Shown here: positions 10,050 to 19,928 of the stretch, in pieces | Numbering within the stretch: the first letter of the stretch is position 1 | How the letters are laid out: the number at the start of each line of letters is the position of its first letter | Virus record (IMG/VR): IMGVR_UViG_3300020045_022011 | Span: 1 to 39,819 of that record | Origin: a virus | Lineage: Duplodnaviria > Caudoviricetes | Strand: one strand, 5' to 3' | DNA length: 39,819 bases | The notes under the pieces: generated by a model | Database searches by the model: none | What the model saw: only the letters and a program-made list of their open reading frames with translations | Told to the model about the DNA's origin: nothing | Program-made: the position numbers and the translations under genes

Positions 10050-10573
10050 TGCCAAAAACTTTATCTGCTGCACTTATAACAGCAAAAAATCAACTTATAC
10101 AAAATAATCCATGGTGTTACTTACTACAATTGCAGTATAGAATAACAACAGCTCCAACATGGGGGTATTTTAGACTAACAAACTATAGCACCACCATAAC
10201 CTTTAATGGAAATATTTTTTATCCTTCACCATTAAGTATAGGAGAAATTACAGAGAATAGCAAAGGTGAAGTGAACAGAATACAAATTGGAATAAGCAAC
10301 ATGGAACCTTTACTCTTACAAAAATTAAAAGAATATTGGTTAAGTGTAGATAGCCCATTGTGGCAAGTATCCTTATGGATTGTAGATACTTCACAACCAG
10401 CAGAAACAGCAGTAGCAAACAAAGAATTTTTTACAGTGATGTCAATTTCTACGAACTTACTTTCCTCAGTCTTAGAGTGTTTATGGGTAGGGTTAGGTTT
10501 TGAAAGAACGTTGCCAGGTAGACGCTATACACGAACTGGTGGATTTCCAAGAATCCCTACACTTATACGATAA
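10049..10573 (+). CDS. minor tail protein (gpL/DUF1833-like)
   Basis: Motifs LS.ALI.AKN.L....PW, ITFNG..F.P, IGEI.E.S.GE...I.I.ISN and LPGRRY. It is translationally coupled (TAATG) and lies before the NlpC/P60 gene. Confidence 0.75.
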   Translation: MPKTLSAALITAKNQLIQNNPWCYLLQLQYRITTAPTWGYFRLTNYSTTITFNGNIFYPSPLSIGEITENSKGEVNRIQIGISNMEPLLLQKLKEYWLSVDSPLWQVSLWIVDTSQPAETAVANKEFFTVMSISTNLLSSVLECLWVGLGFERTLPGRRYTRTGGFPRIPTLIR

Positions 10574-10585
10574 CTAGGAGAATGT

Positions 10586-10990
10586 ATGGAACATTATATA
10601 CCAAAATTAGAACTTGTTGCAAAAGAATATATTGGGTTACCGTATTTAGATACAGTAGCCCCTCAAAAAATTGCATTTACATGTTGGTCATTTGCTCATT
10701 ATTTGTATACTCGAAATTTTACTATTTCGTTGGATTCAAACATAGTTATCGCTGCTGAAAAATTTATTGAAATATGGTCAAAAAGTGATGCTATTGACTA
10801 TCTACACGATATGAAAGAATGGGACATGTTATGCCTATGTATGAATAACACCGTTGTTGATCACATAGGGTTATGTATTTATCCAAATAAAATTGTTCAT
10901 TGCAAACCGAATGTTGGTGTATGCATTGAAGACATTGCAAAATACAGAGATCAGATTTTTCAAATAGTACGTTTACAAGACTTGTATTAG
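10586..10990 (+). CDS. NlpC/P60-family tail protein (gpK-like)
   Basis: YIGLPY...FTCWSF (Cys), DHIGLC (His) and IVH, in the canonical position between L and J. Confidence 0.85.
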   Translation: MEHYIPKLELVAKEYIGLPYLDTVAPQKIAFTCWSFAHYLYTRNFTISLDSNIVIAAEKFIEIWSKSDAIDYLHDMKEWDMLCLCMNNTVVDHIGLCIYPNKIVHCKPNVGVCIEDIAKYRDQIFQIVRLQDLY

Positions 10991-10999
10991 AAGGTAGAT

Positions 11000-13900
11000 A
11001 TGAAAAATTTTGTTACTGTAAAGCTATACAAGTCATTGTTTAAATCAAAAAGTAACACCTATCATATTGATATAAGTTTACAAGAATGTGGGCATTTTTT
11101 AAGTTATTACTTACCCACATATGCCAATAAAAATTCCTTAATCTCTATTGTTAATGGAAAATACATTCCATTGGAAAAATACGACGTTGTAAAACTTAAA
11201 AAACATGATGAACTTATCATAAAAGTTTTACCTGGATTTGTAGAAAGTTTAGTTACTGCACTAATTTATGCAGCAATTAGTCTTGTTATTAGTTTAGCTA
11301 TTAGTGCTATTATGTATTTTGCATTTCCACCAAAAAAACCACAATTACGTACTCCAAAAGATGAAGTAGCGTATTCGTGGGATGGAATTACTACTACACA
11401 AGGACCAGGTAATGTTGTTCCTGTCGTATATGGTGAAGCAAAATTAGGAGGGCAGTTACTTCAGGCTTTTTACACACAACAACCTACAGTAGGGGGATAT
11501 GGTGGTATACCTTTAGTAAACCCAAAACCCTTACTTCAAGTACTTCTTGCCCTTTGTGAAGGTGAAATTGAGGATGTCCTCATAGACACCTTGACCGTAA
11601 ATAATCAACCAATTAATAATTTTCCTCAAATATCAGTACAAAAATCTTTAGGTGAAAACCCTAACATTTTACAATTTGGAGAAATTCAAAATACATTTTC
11701 TACTTCAAATACAGAAATATCACTCACACCTTTTATCTATACAACAACACAAGATGTTGATGCCGTTGTATTAAACATTCAATTTTTAGAAGGTTTATTT
11801 ACTATAGGGAGTAATGGTGGGAGCAGTCCAAATACTTCTGTGTTTCAATACAGAACACGCTTTTCTCCTGCAGGAGCATGGACAACATACACAGAAGTGC
11901 ATACAACATTAGAAGTCCATTCTATAGGATATAAACCAGTACGAATTGAATTTACTTCCCCCGTAGTCACAAGTCCTAACACCTATGACATTGAACTAAC
12001 ATTTGTTACTGCACAGTACATGAGCAATACACGTTCAAAATGGAAACCTTATCTTAATTCTGTAACAGAAATACTCTATGAAACTCAAAGTTTTCCAAAC
12101 ACCGCTCTACTGTACACAAGTGCATTAGCACAAGAAAATTTACAAGGTGCTCTCCCAAACTTTCAAGTAATTGTCCAAGGTCTTAAAGTTCGTGAAAACT
12201 CATTTACAGCCCCTAAAACATACAGTGATAATCCTGCATGGTGTTTAATGGACCTTATGACAAATACAAGGTACGCAGCTGCAATTGAAGACACAGAAAT
12301 TAACCTTGCTTCATTTATAGCTTTTGCAAATTATTGTGATGAACTTGTCGATTTTGATACTGATGGAGATGGTGATTCAGATGGTACAGAAAAACGTGCT
12401 ATTTTAAGTTATGTCCTTGATAGTGACAGACAGGCAATTGATGTATTTGAAGAATTACTCAGTGGTACACGTGGAGTACTCGTTAAAAGTGAAGGCCAAT
12501 GGAAAATTAAAATTGCAAAAAACGACACTCCTGTACAACTTGTAACATGGGCAAATACTCTACGAGACAGTGTGTTAATTCGATATATCAGAGATATAGA
12601 CTCAATTAATGTGTTAGAAGGGCGTTACCTCAATGCATACAATGCCTATGAAAACGATGTGGAGACATATCCCGAACATGCCGATTGGCCAAACGTAGTT
12701 AAAAAACTAAGTTTAGAATTTAAAGGGGTATCCCGCAATACTCAAGTTTTACGAGAACTATTTTTTGAATTACGAGCACGTACACTACCAAAGTTTACAA
12801 TTGAATTTTTAATACCTCTTGAAGGTATAGTTTTTGAAGTTATGGATATTATCAATTTCACCTATCCACAGTTTACAGAAAGTATTAGTGGACGAATTGC
12901 AGAAAAATATGGAGATGAAGTAAATACAGTTCGACAATTTATTATTGATGAAGATTTTACGTTTGAAGTTGGTGAGTCTTATATAGGAATTATTAAATAT
13001 CCAAACGATACACTTCAAACTATTATACTGGACAATCCTGCAACAAGTACAGATGTTACAACACGACGTATTGAGCTTGATGTAGGTGATCCTGATTTAA
13101 ATTTTATACCTACCGCTCTTGAAACACTGTACAGCATTGGTAATCAAACTGAAGTACTTACTTATCCTGTACGAGTTACAGACATTTCTAAAGATTCCGA
13201 ATTTACAGTACGTGTACAAGGTGTACAACATGTCCCTGAAATTTATGATGATTACTTAGCCTACAGTAATGTAAACCGTTTAGGAGCACGGCCATTTCAA
13301 GTTGGAACAAGGCCACCACCAATTATAAGTTTATTTGCAACTGAACAACTAACATTTGACGACAGTACACTTACAACAACACAAATTTTACGTGAAGTAA
13401 TGTTATTGGAATGGCAAGTTGCAGCAATTGATAGCAACCCAAATGAAGTATACGCTCCCTATGGAGGAGTAAACATTTACTCAGCATTTTCAAATTTTAC
13501 ATCATTACTAGGCACATTTAATCTTGGTACTACTCTCTTAGGAGGATTTGACAGTCTTACCACAAGTTTGAATTTAATTGCAACAATTAGAAATGGTGAT
13601 GTGTATTCCTATAAAGATGCACAATATAATAAAAATGGTCCTACTTTATATATTGTTGTACCTATATCACCTGCTGGAGTACCAAATAATGAAGGTGTTG
13701 GAACAGTACTTGTAACTCCTACAGGTGGTTTTTTTGCACCACCAGATGATTTTTTAGCAACTGGAGACAGCCCTACAACTGTAACCTTAACATGGAATGA
13801 TACAACAGATCCAAGGTTAGACAGTGTAAATATCTATAGGGGTACAGCCTTTAGTAGTGCGATATTCCTTATAAATGTTGCAATAGGAGTTGAGACGTAT

Positions 13901-14008
13901 GTTGATACAGGACTTACACCGCTAACAACGTATACCTATTGGGCCGTATCCGTACAAACTAATGGCAATCTTGGTTCAGAAACCTCATCGACAACAACAA
14001 CATTATAA
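11000..14008 (+). CDS. tail tip / central fibre protein (gpI-gpJ fusion) with C-terminal FN3 domain
   Basis: N-terminal gpI-like part (IVNG..., hydrophobic stretch, YSWDG..T..GPG.VVPVVYGE), then LALCEGEI, FPNTAL and YSDNPAWCLMDLMTNTRY (J signature). The C-terminus is FN3-like (VTLTWN...YVDTGLTPLTTYTYWA). Confidence 0.9.
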   Translation: MKNFVTVKLYKSLFKSKSNTYHIDISLQECGHFLSYYLPTYANKNSLISIVNGKYIPLEKYDVVKLKKHDELIIKVLPGFVESLVTALIYAAISLVISLAISAIMYFAFPPKKPQLRTPKDEVAYSWDGITTTQGPGNVVPVVYGEAKLGGQLLQAFYTQQPTVGGYGGIPLVNPKPLLQVLLALCEGEIEDVLIDTLTVNNQPINNFPQISVQKSLGENPNILQFGEIQNTFSTSNTEISLTPFIYTTTQDVDAVVLNIQFLEGLFTIGSNGGSSPNTSVFQYRTRFSPAGAWTTYTEVHTTLEVHSIGYKPVRIEFTSPVVTSPNTYDIELTFVTAQYMSNTRSKWKPYLNSVTEILYETQSFPNTALLYTSALAQENLQGALPNFQVIVQGLKVRENSFTAPKTYSDNPAWCLMDLMTNTRYAAAIEDTEINLASFIAFANYCDELVDFDTDGDGDSDGTEKRAILSYVLDSDRQAIDVFEELLSGTRGVLVKSEGQWKIKIAKNDTPVQLVTWANTLRDSVLIRYIRDIDSINVLEGRYLNAYNAYENDVETYPEHADWPNVVKKLSLEFKGVSRNTQVLRELFFELRARTLPKFTIEFLIPLEGIVFEVMDIINFTYPQFTESISGRIAEKYGDEVNTVRQFIIDEDFTFEVGESYIGIIKYPNDTLQTIILDNPATSTDVTTRRIELDVGDPDLNFIPTALETLYSIGNQTEVLTYPVRVTDISKDSEFTVRVQGVQHVPEIYDDYLAYSNVNRLGARPFQVGTRPPPIISLFATEQLTFDDSTLTTTQILREVMLLEWQVAAIDSNPNEVYAPYGGVNIYSAFSNFTSLLGTFNLGTTLLGGFDSLTTSLNLIATIRNGDVYSYKDAQYNKNGPTLYIVVPISPAGVPNNEGVGTVLVTPTGGFFAPPDDFLATGDSPTTVTLTWNDTTDPRLDSVNIYRGTAFSSAIFLINVAIGVETYVDTGLTPLTTYTYWAVSVQTNGNLGSETSSTTTTL

Positions 14009-14028
14009 GTAGGGCATAGGTACATAGT

Positions 14029-14571
14029 ATGGAAATTGCTGTAGAGCAGTTAAAAAAATTAGGGAAATACTGTAATGTAAAAAGTATAGACTATCAAAAT
14101 TTACTTGTTGGATTAAACGAAGTACAAACTTACGCTGAAATAAATACCCCATTACGCATTTCAATGTTCTTAGCTCAATGCCTTCATGAAACAGGAGGTT
14201 TTGTACATTTACGTGAATTAGGAAGTGACTACTATTTTAGAAAATACGAATTTCGTAAAGATTTAGGGAATATATATAAAGGAGATGGAGCAAAGTACAA
14301 AGGACGTGGACTTATACAATTAACTGGACGCTACAATTATACTGCATGTGGAAAAGATTTAAATTTACCTTTGGTAGAGCAACCTTTTTTGGCAGAACGG
14401 TACCCAGTTGCAGTACAAGTTGCAGGCTGGTTCTGGAAAGAGCACTCATTAAATTACTACGCAGATATGTTGAATATTTATAAATGTACAAAACGTATTA
14501 ATGGCGGGTATAACGGTATTGAAGATAGAAAAATGTGGTATGACAGATGTAAACAAATTTTTATACCTTAA
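14029..14571 (+). CDS. glycoside hydrolase family 19 endolysin
   Basis: FLAQCLHETGG, YKGRGLIQLTGRYNY, AGWFW and TKRINGGYNGIEDR are hallmark GH19 motifs. Confidence 0.95.
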   Translation: MEIAVEQLKKLGKYCNVKSIDYQNLLVGLNEVQTYAEINTPLRISMFLAQCLHETGGFVHLRELGSDYYFRKYEFRKDLGNIYKGDGAKYKGRGLIQLTGRYNYTACGKDLNLPLVEQPFLAERYPVAVQVAGWFWKEHSLNYYADMLNIYKCTKRINGGYNGIEDRKMWYDRCKQIFIP

Positions 14572-14589
14572 ATTTGGAGAAGTTTTAAC

Positions 14590-14787
14590 ATGTTAAAATT
14601 TGATAAAAACAATCAATTTAACCCTGATGACATGACTCAATATGAAGATATTGTACGATTTTGTAAACTTTGCAATACTGGAAAACTTTTAACAAAAGAA
14701 AATTACGGGTATGCACCTTATGACATGTTTAAAAAATCTCTCATTTGTATACCCTGTGAAACAGTAAAAAATATGGATGGTATGTAA
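14590..14787 (+). CDS. hypothetical protein with two CxxC motifs
   Basis: 65 aa, GGAG RBS, CKLC and CIPC. Confidence 0.55.
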   Translation: MLKFDKNNQFNPDDMTQYEDIVRFCKLCNTGKLLTKENYGYAPYDMFKKSLICIPCETVKNMDGM

Positions 14788-14839
14788 AATTCATGCAAAA
14801 TATACAAATAAGTAATTGTAAAAAAAGGAGTTGTAGAAA

Positions 14840-16165
14840 ATGGGTGCCATAGGTGCTGGAAATTTAGGATCTGCCTATCCAAGCGCGTTAGACACACTAC
14901 TCTATGAAGCTGGTGGAGTAAGTGATTACGAAAATGCAGCAGTAACATTACCCGACAACAAGCAACGTATGGATGCGGAAGTTTTAAATGATGTACTTGA
15001 TGCAATTATAGCTATACAAACAACATTAGGAATTAACCCGCAAGATGTGTACACAGATGTTGATGCTCGTTTAGATGCCATTGCAGGTGCAGGATATACA
15101 GATGAACAAGCTCAAGATGCAATTGGCACAATTTTAACAGACAGTGCCTCTGTAGATTTTACATACAATGACGCAACCCCAAGTATTACCGCAGTAGTGT
15201 TACCAAATACAACTGTTCAAAAGGTAGAAGTTGTAAAAAACAGTGGTGCTGTAGTGGGTACACGTAAACAATTAAATTTTATAGAAGGTTCCAATGTTAC
15301 CCTAACCATTGCAGATGACGCTGGAAACGATCAAGTTGACATTACAATTGCAGGGAGTGTAAGTGGATACACGGATGAACAAGCTCAAGATGCCGTCGGT
15401 TCAATTTTAGTAGACACTGCAACAATTGACGTTACATATGATGATGCAACACCACAAATTACAATGGATGTTATTGCCAACACTACAAATCAGAAAGTTA
15501 GAGTTTCAAAAAATAGTGGTGCAGTTGTCGGTACTCGCAGGCAAATAAACTTTATAGAAGGAAGTAATGTTACATTAACCATTGCGGATGATGCAGGTGA
15601 CGATGAAGTTGATGTAACTATAAATGCAAGTGCTCCAGGTACTGGGGATGTTGTTGGACCTTCAAGTGCTGTTGATGCAGAAATTGTACTTTTTGATTCT
15701 ACAACTGGAAAACTTATTAAACGTGCAACAGGTAGTGGTATTGTTAAAGCGACAAGTGGGGTCTATTCAACTGTTACAGCTCCAACTGGTGCAATTGTTG
15801 GAACTACTGATACACAAACTTTAACAAATAAAACTGTACAACCTAGAGTTGTAACAGTTGCAGATGCTACTTCAATTACTCCAAATGCAGATACGACGGA
15901 TGTCTGTGAACAAATAAACACGCAAGGTGCAGGTACTTTAACTCTTAACGCTCCAACAGGTACACCGTATAACAGACAAAAAATGGAAATAGTTGTAGAT
16001 AGTACAAATATACACACCTTGTCATTTAATGCAATTTATCGTGGAAGTACTGATTTAACACTACCAACTGCTACAAGTGGGAGTGGTAAAACTGACTACA
16101 TGCTTGTGCAATACCATTCGACAGATGCGAAATGGGATATGCTCTCTAAAAATTTTGGATTTTAA
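14840..16165 (+). CDS. virion fibre/appendage protein with an internal 91-aa duplication
   Basis: AAGGAG RBS, T/D/G/V-rich. It has EQAQDA(I/V)G repeats, GDVVGPSSAVD..IVLFD.TTGKLIK and GTTDTQTLTNKT motifs of the kind seen in phage fibre proteins. Confidence 0.7.
   Translation: MGAIGAGNLGSAYPSALDTLLYEAGGVSDYENAAVTLPDNKQRMDAEVLNDVLDAIIAIQTTLGINPQDVYTDVDARLDAIAGAGYTDEQAQDAIGTILTDSASVDFTYNDATPSITAVVLPNTTVQKVEVVKNSGAVVGTRKQLNFIEGSNVTLTIADDAGNDQVDITIAGSVSGYTDEQAQDAVGSILVDTATIDVTYDDATPQITMDVIANTTNQKVRVSKNSGAVVGTRRQINFIEGSNVTLTIADDAGDDEVDVTINASAPGTGDVVGPSSAVDAEIVLFDSTTGKLIKRATGSGIVKATSGVYSTVTAPTGAIVGTTDTQTLTNKTVQPRVVTVADATSITPNADTTDVCEQINTQGAGTLTLNAPTGTPYNRQKMEIVVDSTNIHTLSFNAIYRGSTDLTLPTATSGSGKTDYMLVQYHSTDAKWDMLSKNFGF
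15092..15637 (+). repeat. two diverged 273-bp (91-aa) tandem copies
   Basis: GYTDEQAQDA...KNSGAVVGTR.Q.NFIEGSNVTLTIADDAG.D.VD begins at 15092 and again at 15365. Confidence 0.9.
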
Positions 16166-16195
16166 TTATAATTTTATTTTGTAAAGGTACCTATT

Positions 16196-17236
16196 ATGGC
16201 ATTAAGACATATTGATAGTTTTGATTTGTATGGGACTTCTCAAATTTTAAACAGATATACCAGCACTTTACTTGGTGCTAACGCTTCAGTCACAATACAA
16301 AGTGGTCAGGGTAGGCAATCACAGTCTTTACGAATAAGCCACGCTTCTGGTGGAACAAGTACCGTTGCACTCACAAAAACTATAGATAGTCAAAGCACAT
16401 GGTCTACTCATTTTGGAATGAAAACTACCACTTTTGCTTCTCAAAGAGATTTTTTATCTTTTAGAGATGCAGGATCAATACAAGTTGAATTACTTATAAA
16501 TACAGATGGTACAATCTCAGCAACACGAAATGGTACTGTTTTAGGAACAACTTCCTTGTCATTAAGTATAAACGTATATTACCATATTCAATGCAAGGTT
16601 GTAATACATGACACAACAGGTTCAGTACTAATAAAAATAAATAATGCAGAAGCATTAAATTTAACAAGTATAGACACAAAAAACACAGCAAATGCAACAG
16701 CAAACCAAATATACCTTGGGAATAACAGACTATCTGTAAATTCCTACACAATGGACATAGATGATTTAATAATAACTGACGGAACAGGTTCATCTCCTTA
16801 TAATGGTTTAATGGGAGATAAACGTGTTGATGCAGCATTATGTAATGGAGATGGTTCCACTACAGAATTTACTCTGTCAACAGGAAGTTCTCATTTTGCA
16901 TTACTTGATGAAAACCCACCAGTAACAACTGATTACGCTGAAAGTAGTACGGTAAACCATGTTGAACTATTAACTTTTCCAGATTTACCTACTTTAACAT
17001 CTGCAACAGTGGATGCCGTCCAAATATTAATGTTTGCAAATAATCCAGAAGGAGGTGGACGTACTATAGCCGGACATGTAAAATCTAGCGCTGCTACTGC
17101 TACTGGCAGTGGATTTGCTCTAACAGTAGGTGCTACATATTATGCGGATATATTTACACAAGACCCGAATACAGCAGGAGCATGGACACAAACTACAGTA
17201 AATGCCGCAGAGTTTGGTGCAAAAATTACAGCGTAG
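16196..17236 (+). CDS. virion structural protein with a ConA/LamG-like beta-sandwich
   Basis: MAL..IDSFD N-terminus, lectin-like strands (YYHIQCKVVIHDTTGSVLIKIN...IDDLII.D) and a C-terminal DPNT.GAWT...VNAAEFG motif typical of phage structural proteins. Confidence 0.65.
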   Translation: MALRHIDSFDLYGTSQILNRYTSTLLGANASVTIQSGQGRQSQSLRISHASGGTSTVALTKTIDSQSTWSTHFGMKTTTFASQRDFLSFRDAGSIQVELLINTDGTISATRNGTVLGTTSLSLSINVYYHIQCKVVIHDTTGSVLIKINNAEALNLTSIDTKNTANATANQIYLGNNRLSVNSYTMDIDDLIITDGTGSSPYNGLMGDKRVDAALCNGDGSTTEFTLSTGSSHFALLDENPPVTTDYAESSTVNHVELLTFPDLPTLTSATVDAVQILMFANNPEGGGRTIAGHVKSSAATATGSGFALTVGATYYADIFTQDPNTAGAWTQTTVNAAEFGAKITA

Positions 17237-17248
17237 TAGGAGAGTAAA

Positions 17249-17539
17249 ATGGCTGAAAATGGCCGTGTATCCCAACTTGGTATTGAAACACTTGAAAGTG
17301 GGTTACTTTCTAGAATAGACCAACTTGGTATTGAAACACTTGAAAGTGGGTTACTTTCTAGAATAGACCAACTTGGTATTGAAACACTTGAAAGTGGACT
17401 ACTGTCTAGAGTACATCAACTTGGCATTGAAACAATTGAAAGTGCACTACTTTCGAGAATAAACCAACTTGGTATTGAAGTTATAGGGGAAGGATCTGTA
17501 GTAAGTGGAAATTCCCATACTTTCTTTTTTGCACTCTAA
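17249..17539 (+). CDS. small protein made of 16-aa tandem repeats
   Basis: AGGAG RBS, with (QLGIETLESGLLSRID)x~4.3 in frame. Confidence 0.7.
   Translation: MAENGRVSQLGIETLESGLLSRIDQLGIETLESGLLSRIDQLGIETLESGLLSRVHQLGIETIESALLSRINQLGIEVIGEGSVVSGNSHTFFFAL
17273..17479 (+). repeat. 48-bp tandem repeat, ~4.3 copies
   Basis: CAACTTGGTATTGAAACACTTGAAAGTGGGTTACTTTCTAGAATAGAC at 17273 and 17321 (identical), at 17369 and 17417 (diverged) and at 17465 (partial). Confidence 0.95.
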
Positions 17540-17561
17540 AAAGAATAAAGTGTAAAAATGT

Positions 17562-17756
17562 ATGCACATAAAAAAATTTATGAATCTTTTTTACAAAATT
17601 CTAAGCACAACAGCGTATTACCAAAACATTCACACTCCTTTATGTCCAAATGACACTAATCAAAAAAAAATTCAAACACAATTACAAAAGTTAGAATCCC
17701 TTAATAATGAAATAAAGAATGAAATAGCTAAATTTCAAGACATAACAATGGTGTAG
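17562..17756 (+). CDS. hypothetical protein, C-terminal coiled coil
   Basis: 64-aa ORF in an operon context. Confidence 0.45.
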   Translation: MHIKKFMNLFYKILSTTAYYQNIHTPLCPNDTNQKKIQTQLQKLESLNNEIKNEIAKFQDITMV

Positions 17757-17763
17757 GTGAGAA

Positions 17764-18096
17764 ATGGTATACCCCTATTCCACAATTCTACTCAGTATCT
17801 ATGCAGTGTTTACTTGTATATTTTTCATAGCAACGTTCGACATGTATAAGGTGTACACCTTATGTCGTTCAAAAAATATGCAAGTATTACATAAAATTGC
17901 GTTATACATATCAATTATTAATGTAATGCTTGCATTTTGTCTACTATCTCAGTGTGCACTCGTCTACATTCAAAGTTGTACTTCTTATTCTTCTTTAACG
18001 CTTGTAGAAATAATAAATCATAGTATTCAAATTATAATTGCTTTTATTTGGGCACGTATGAATTTTACGGTGCATAAATATGTATATGGATATTGA
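17764..18096 (+). CDS. membrane protein with ~3 TM helices (holin candidate)
   Basis: Three hydrophobic stretches in 110 aa, at the end of the late operon. Confidence 0.5.
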   Translation: MVYPYSTILLSIYAVFTCIFFIATFDMYKVYTLCRSKNMQVLHKIALYISIINVMLAFCLLSQCALVYIQSCTSYSSLTLVEIINHSIQIIIAFIWARMNFTVHKYVYGY

Positions 18097-18340
18097 TATA
18101 CTTAAAGAAATTTCAACATTTGGTGTTGGCGCAGTAATAGCTGGAATTGTGTTGCATTGGAAACGACATGATGACATGATGTACCAAAACACCTTAAAAT
18201 CTCATCTTGAAGAATCTCAAAAACGAGAATTACAACTTATTAATCTTGTACAACTACAAGTAGAAACTTTACAAGCTCTCAAACAAACCATCACACAACT
18301 TGATCTTTTTATTAAAATGCAAAAAAAATTAAACGAGTAA
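18080..18340 (+). CDS. single-TM + coiled-coil protein (holin/antiholin-like)
   Basis: N-terminal FGVGAVIAGIVLHW followed by a Q/L coiled coil, an architecture like BhlA/UviB-type holins. Confidence 0.5.
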   Translation: MYMDIDILKEISTFGVGAVIAGIVLHWKRHDDMMYQNTLKSHLEESQKRELQLINLVQLQVETLQALKQTITQLDLFIKMQKKLNE

Positions 18341-18360
18341 ACTTTTTAATAGGAGAACAT

Positions 18361-18750
18361 ATGTTTGATATATTACAAAAAACTATTACAGATTTGCAGT
18401 ACATGCCATTAAATTTTCAAAATTTAAGTCTATTTTGGAGAGGGCATGTGTATGTGGAATTGCCATTTTCAGCGTATGACCAATGGATACGAAAAATACA
18501 AATGGCAACATCAAATTATTGTATTGTATTTACAAAAGTACCTATGTTATTTGACCATAGCACACTTTATAATTTTGTATTTTTTCAATCTGAACTTATT
18601 ATTTTTCCACCACAAAACTATATAATTACGATAGGTGGATTTTATAAACAATTATCAACAGAAAAATACAAAGAATTATACAACTTTGGTAAAGTGTACA
18701 AAAATAATAAATACACATTGCTCAATAAAGCAAATACTAACCGATTATAA
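18361..18750 (+). CDS. hypothetical protein
   Basis: 129 aa, AGGAG RBS; converges on and slightly overlaps the minus-strand gene. Confidence 0.55.
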   Translation: MFDILQKTITDLQYMPLNFQNLSLFWRGHVYVELPFSAYDQWIRKIQMATSNYCIVFTKVPMLFDHSTLYNFVFFQSELIIFPPQNYIITIGGFYKQLSTEKYKELYNFGKVYKNNKYTLLNKANTNRL

Positions 18751-19408
18751 TATCAAAAACTTCACGTATACCCTTTGTGTATTCTTCAACTGTCATAGAC
18801 TCTAATGGCAAATTTTCGTTAATGTGAGTATTTTTAAAATATTCTGCAAAAGTAAATGTCTTATATATCGGAGTTAAATCCCTATATTCTAACCAACAAA
18901 AACTTTGACCTTTTATACCTGCAATATTGTGCAACGTTCTACCGTCTACATGAATAACTACTTTAGGTTTTAAATAAAAACTTCCTAAAGAATACGTCTC
19001 GTATGTTTTTTCATAATACGGTTTTGAAGTCGCACTATTTTTATATTCATTTTTCCATAACTTCATAGAAGAAAAATATCCGTTTTCTGAAGGTGGAAAA
19101 ATAGAAAAAATATAAAATTCACCAAAACAGTTTTTAATAGTTTTATTAAAATCAGATGTATAAAAACACATACTTGGGGATTGTTCATATGTTGCACTAT
19201 GGTCTTTGTCAATTACTGGTAAATTTTTCCACAATTCATGAGTAGACGTTGCATGAAATAACATGAGAATATTTGTTGAACATTCATCTAAAGTATAGCA
19301 ATGTACACCATTAGCCAATGAATTTTTACAACTTACTGTTGAAAAAAATTCAGCATTATGTAATGCATCACTTTGTAAAATTTGTAAACTCATGTCAATG
19401 TTTCTCAT
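18737..19408 (-). CDS. hypothetical protein, last gene of the RTX-repeat operon
   Basis: Long ORF. The likely start is ATG at 19408 (MRNIDM...), preceded by GGAG. Confidence 0.65.
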   Translation of the reverse strand: MRNIDMSLQILQSDALHNAEFFSTVSCKNSLANGVHCYTLDECSTNILMLFHATSTHELWKNLPVIDKDHSATYEQSPSMCFYTSDFNKTIKNCFGEFYIFSIFPPSENGYFSSMKLWKNEYKNSATSKPYYEKTYETYSLGSFYLKPKVVIHVDGRTLHNIAGIKGQSFCWLEYRDLTPIYKTFTFAEYFKNTHINENLPLESMTVEEYTKGIREVFDIIIG

Positions 19409-19434
19409 GTTTTTTCTCCAAAAAGTATACTTAT

Positions 19435-19911
19435 TTACGGATAACAACTAATGTATTGTGCAGCTTGACCTTCACAATTATCAAAATCATTTCCCCCATT
19501 CAAAATATCAGAATAGGTATTCCCAACTAAAATATCAGAACCATCCCCACCTCGAAATGTTGTCGGGGTATCCCCTAAATTCACCATTTGATCATCACCA
19601 CTATTGCCGTAATGTTCACTTCCCCCATTTAAAAGTTGGATGTAGTCATTACCACTTCCACCACGGGTAATTGCCATCGTATGTGTAACACAAATCAAAT
19701 CGTTACCTTGCAATCCATACACCACAGCATACCCAGTTACACAAATTACATCATTACCAGTTGTCCCATTACAAATTTCAGGATTACCTGTACAAGTTAA
19801 GGTGACATTTTGTCCTAAACATGTACCACTAGTAGAACAATTATTTGCAAATGCAAACGTTGTAAAAAATAATACACTTAAAAAAATACAACTGTATAGA
19901 AATTTTTTCAT
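19435..19911 (-). CDS. exported Cys-rich protein with RTX/hemolysin-type Ca-binding repeats (paralogue 4)
   Basis: Signal peptide MKKFLYS...TFAFA; repeats GLQGNDLI, GGSGNDYI, GNSGDDQM, GGDGSDIL, GGNDFDNC. Confidence 0.88.
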   Translation of the reverse strand: MKKFLYSCIFLSVLFFTTFAFANNCSTSGTCLGQNVTLTCTGNPEICNGTTGNDVICVTGYAVVYGLQGNDLICVTHTMAITRGGSGNDYIQLLNGGSEHYGNSGDDQMVNLGDTPTTFRGGDGSDILVGNTYSDILNGGNDFDNCEGQAAQYISCYP

Positions 19912-19928
19912 ATAATTTTCCTTTTTGT

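Noticed and set aside
2251-16838. Numerous short antisense or alternate-frame ORFs in the track
   Set aside because: They are shadows of long well-supported + strand genes, with no RBS or motifs
17273-17479. CRISPR array
   Set aside because: The units are contiguous 48-bp in-frame coding repeats with no unique spacers
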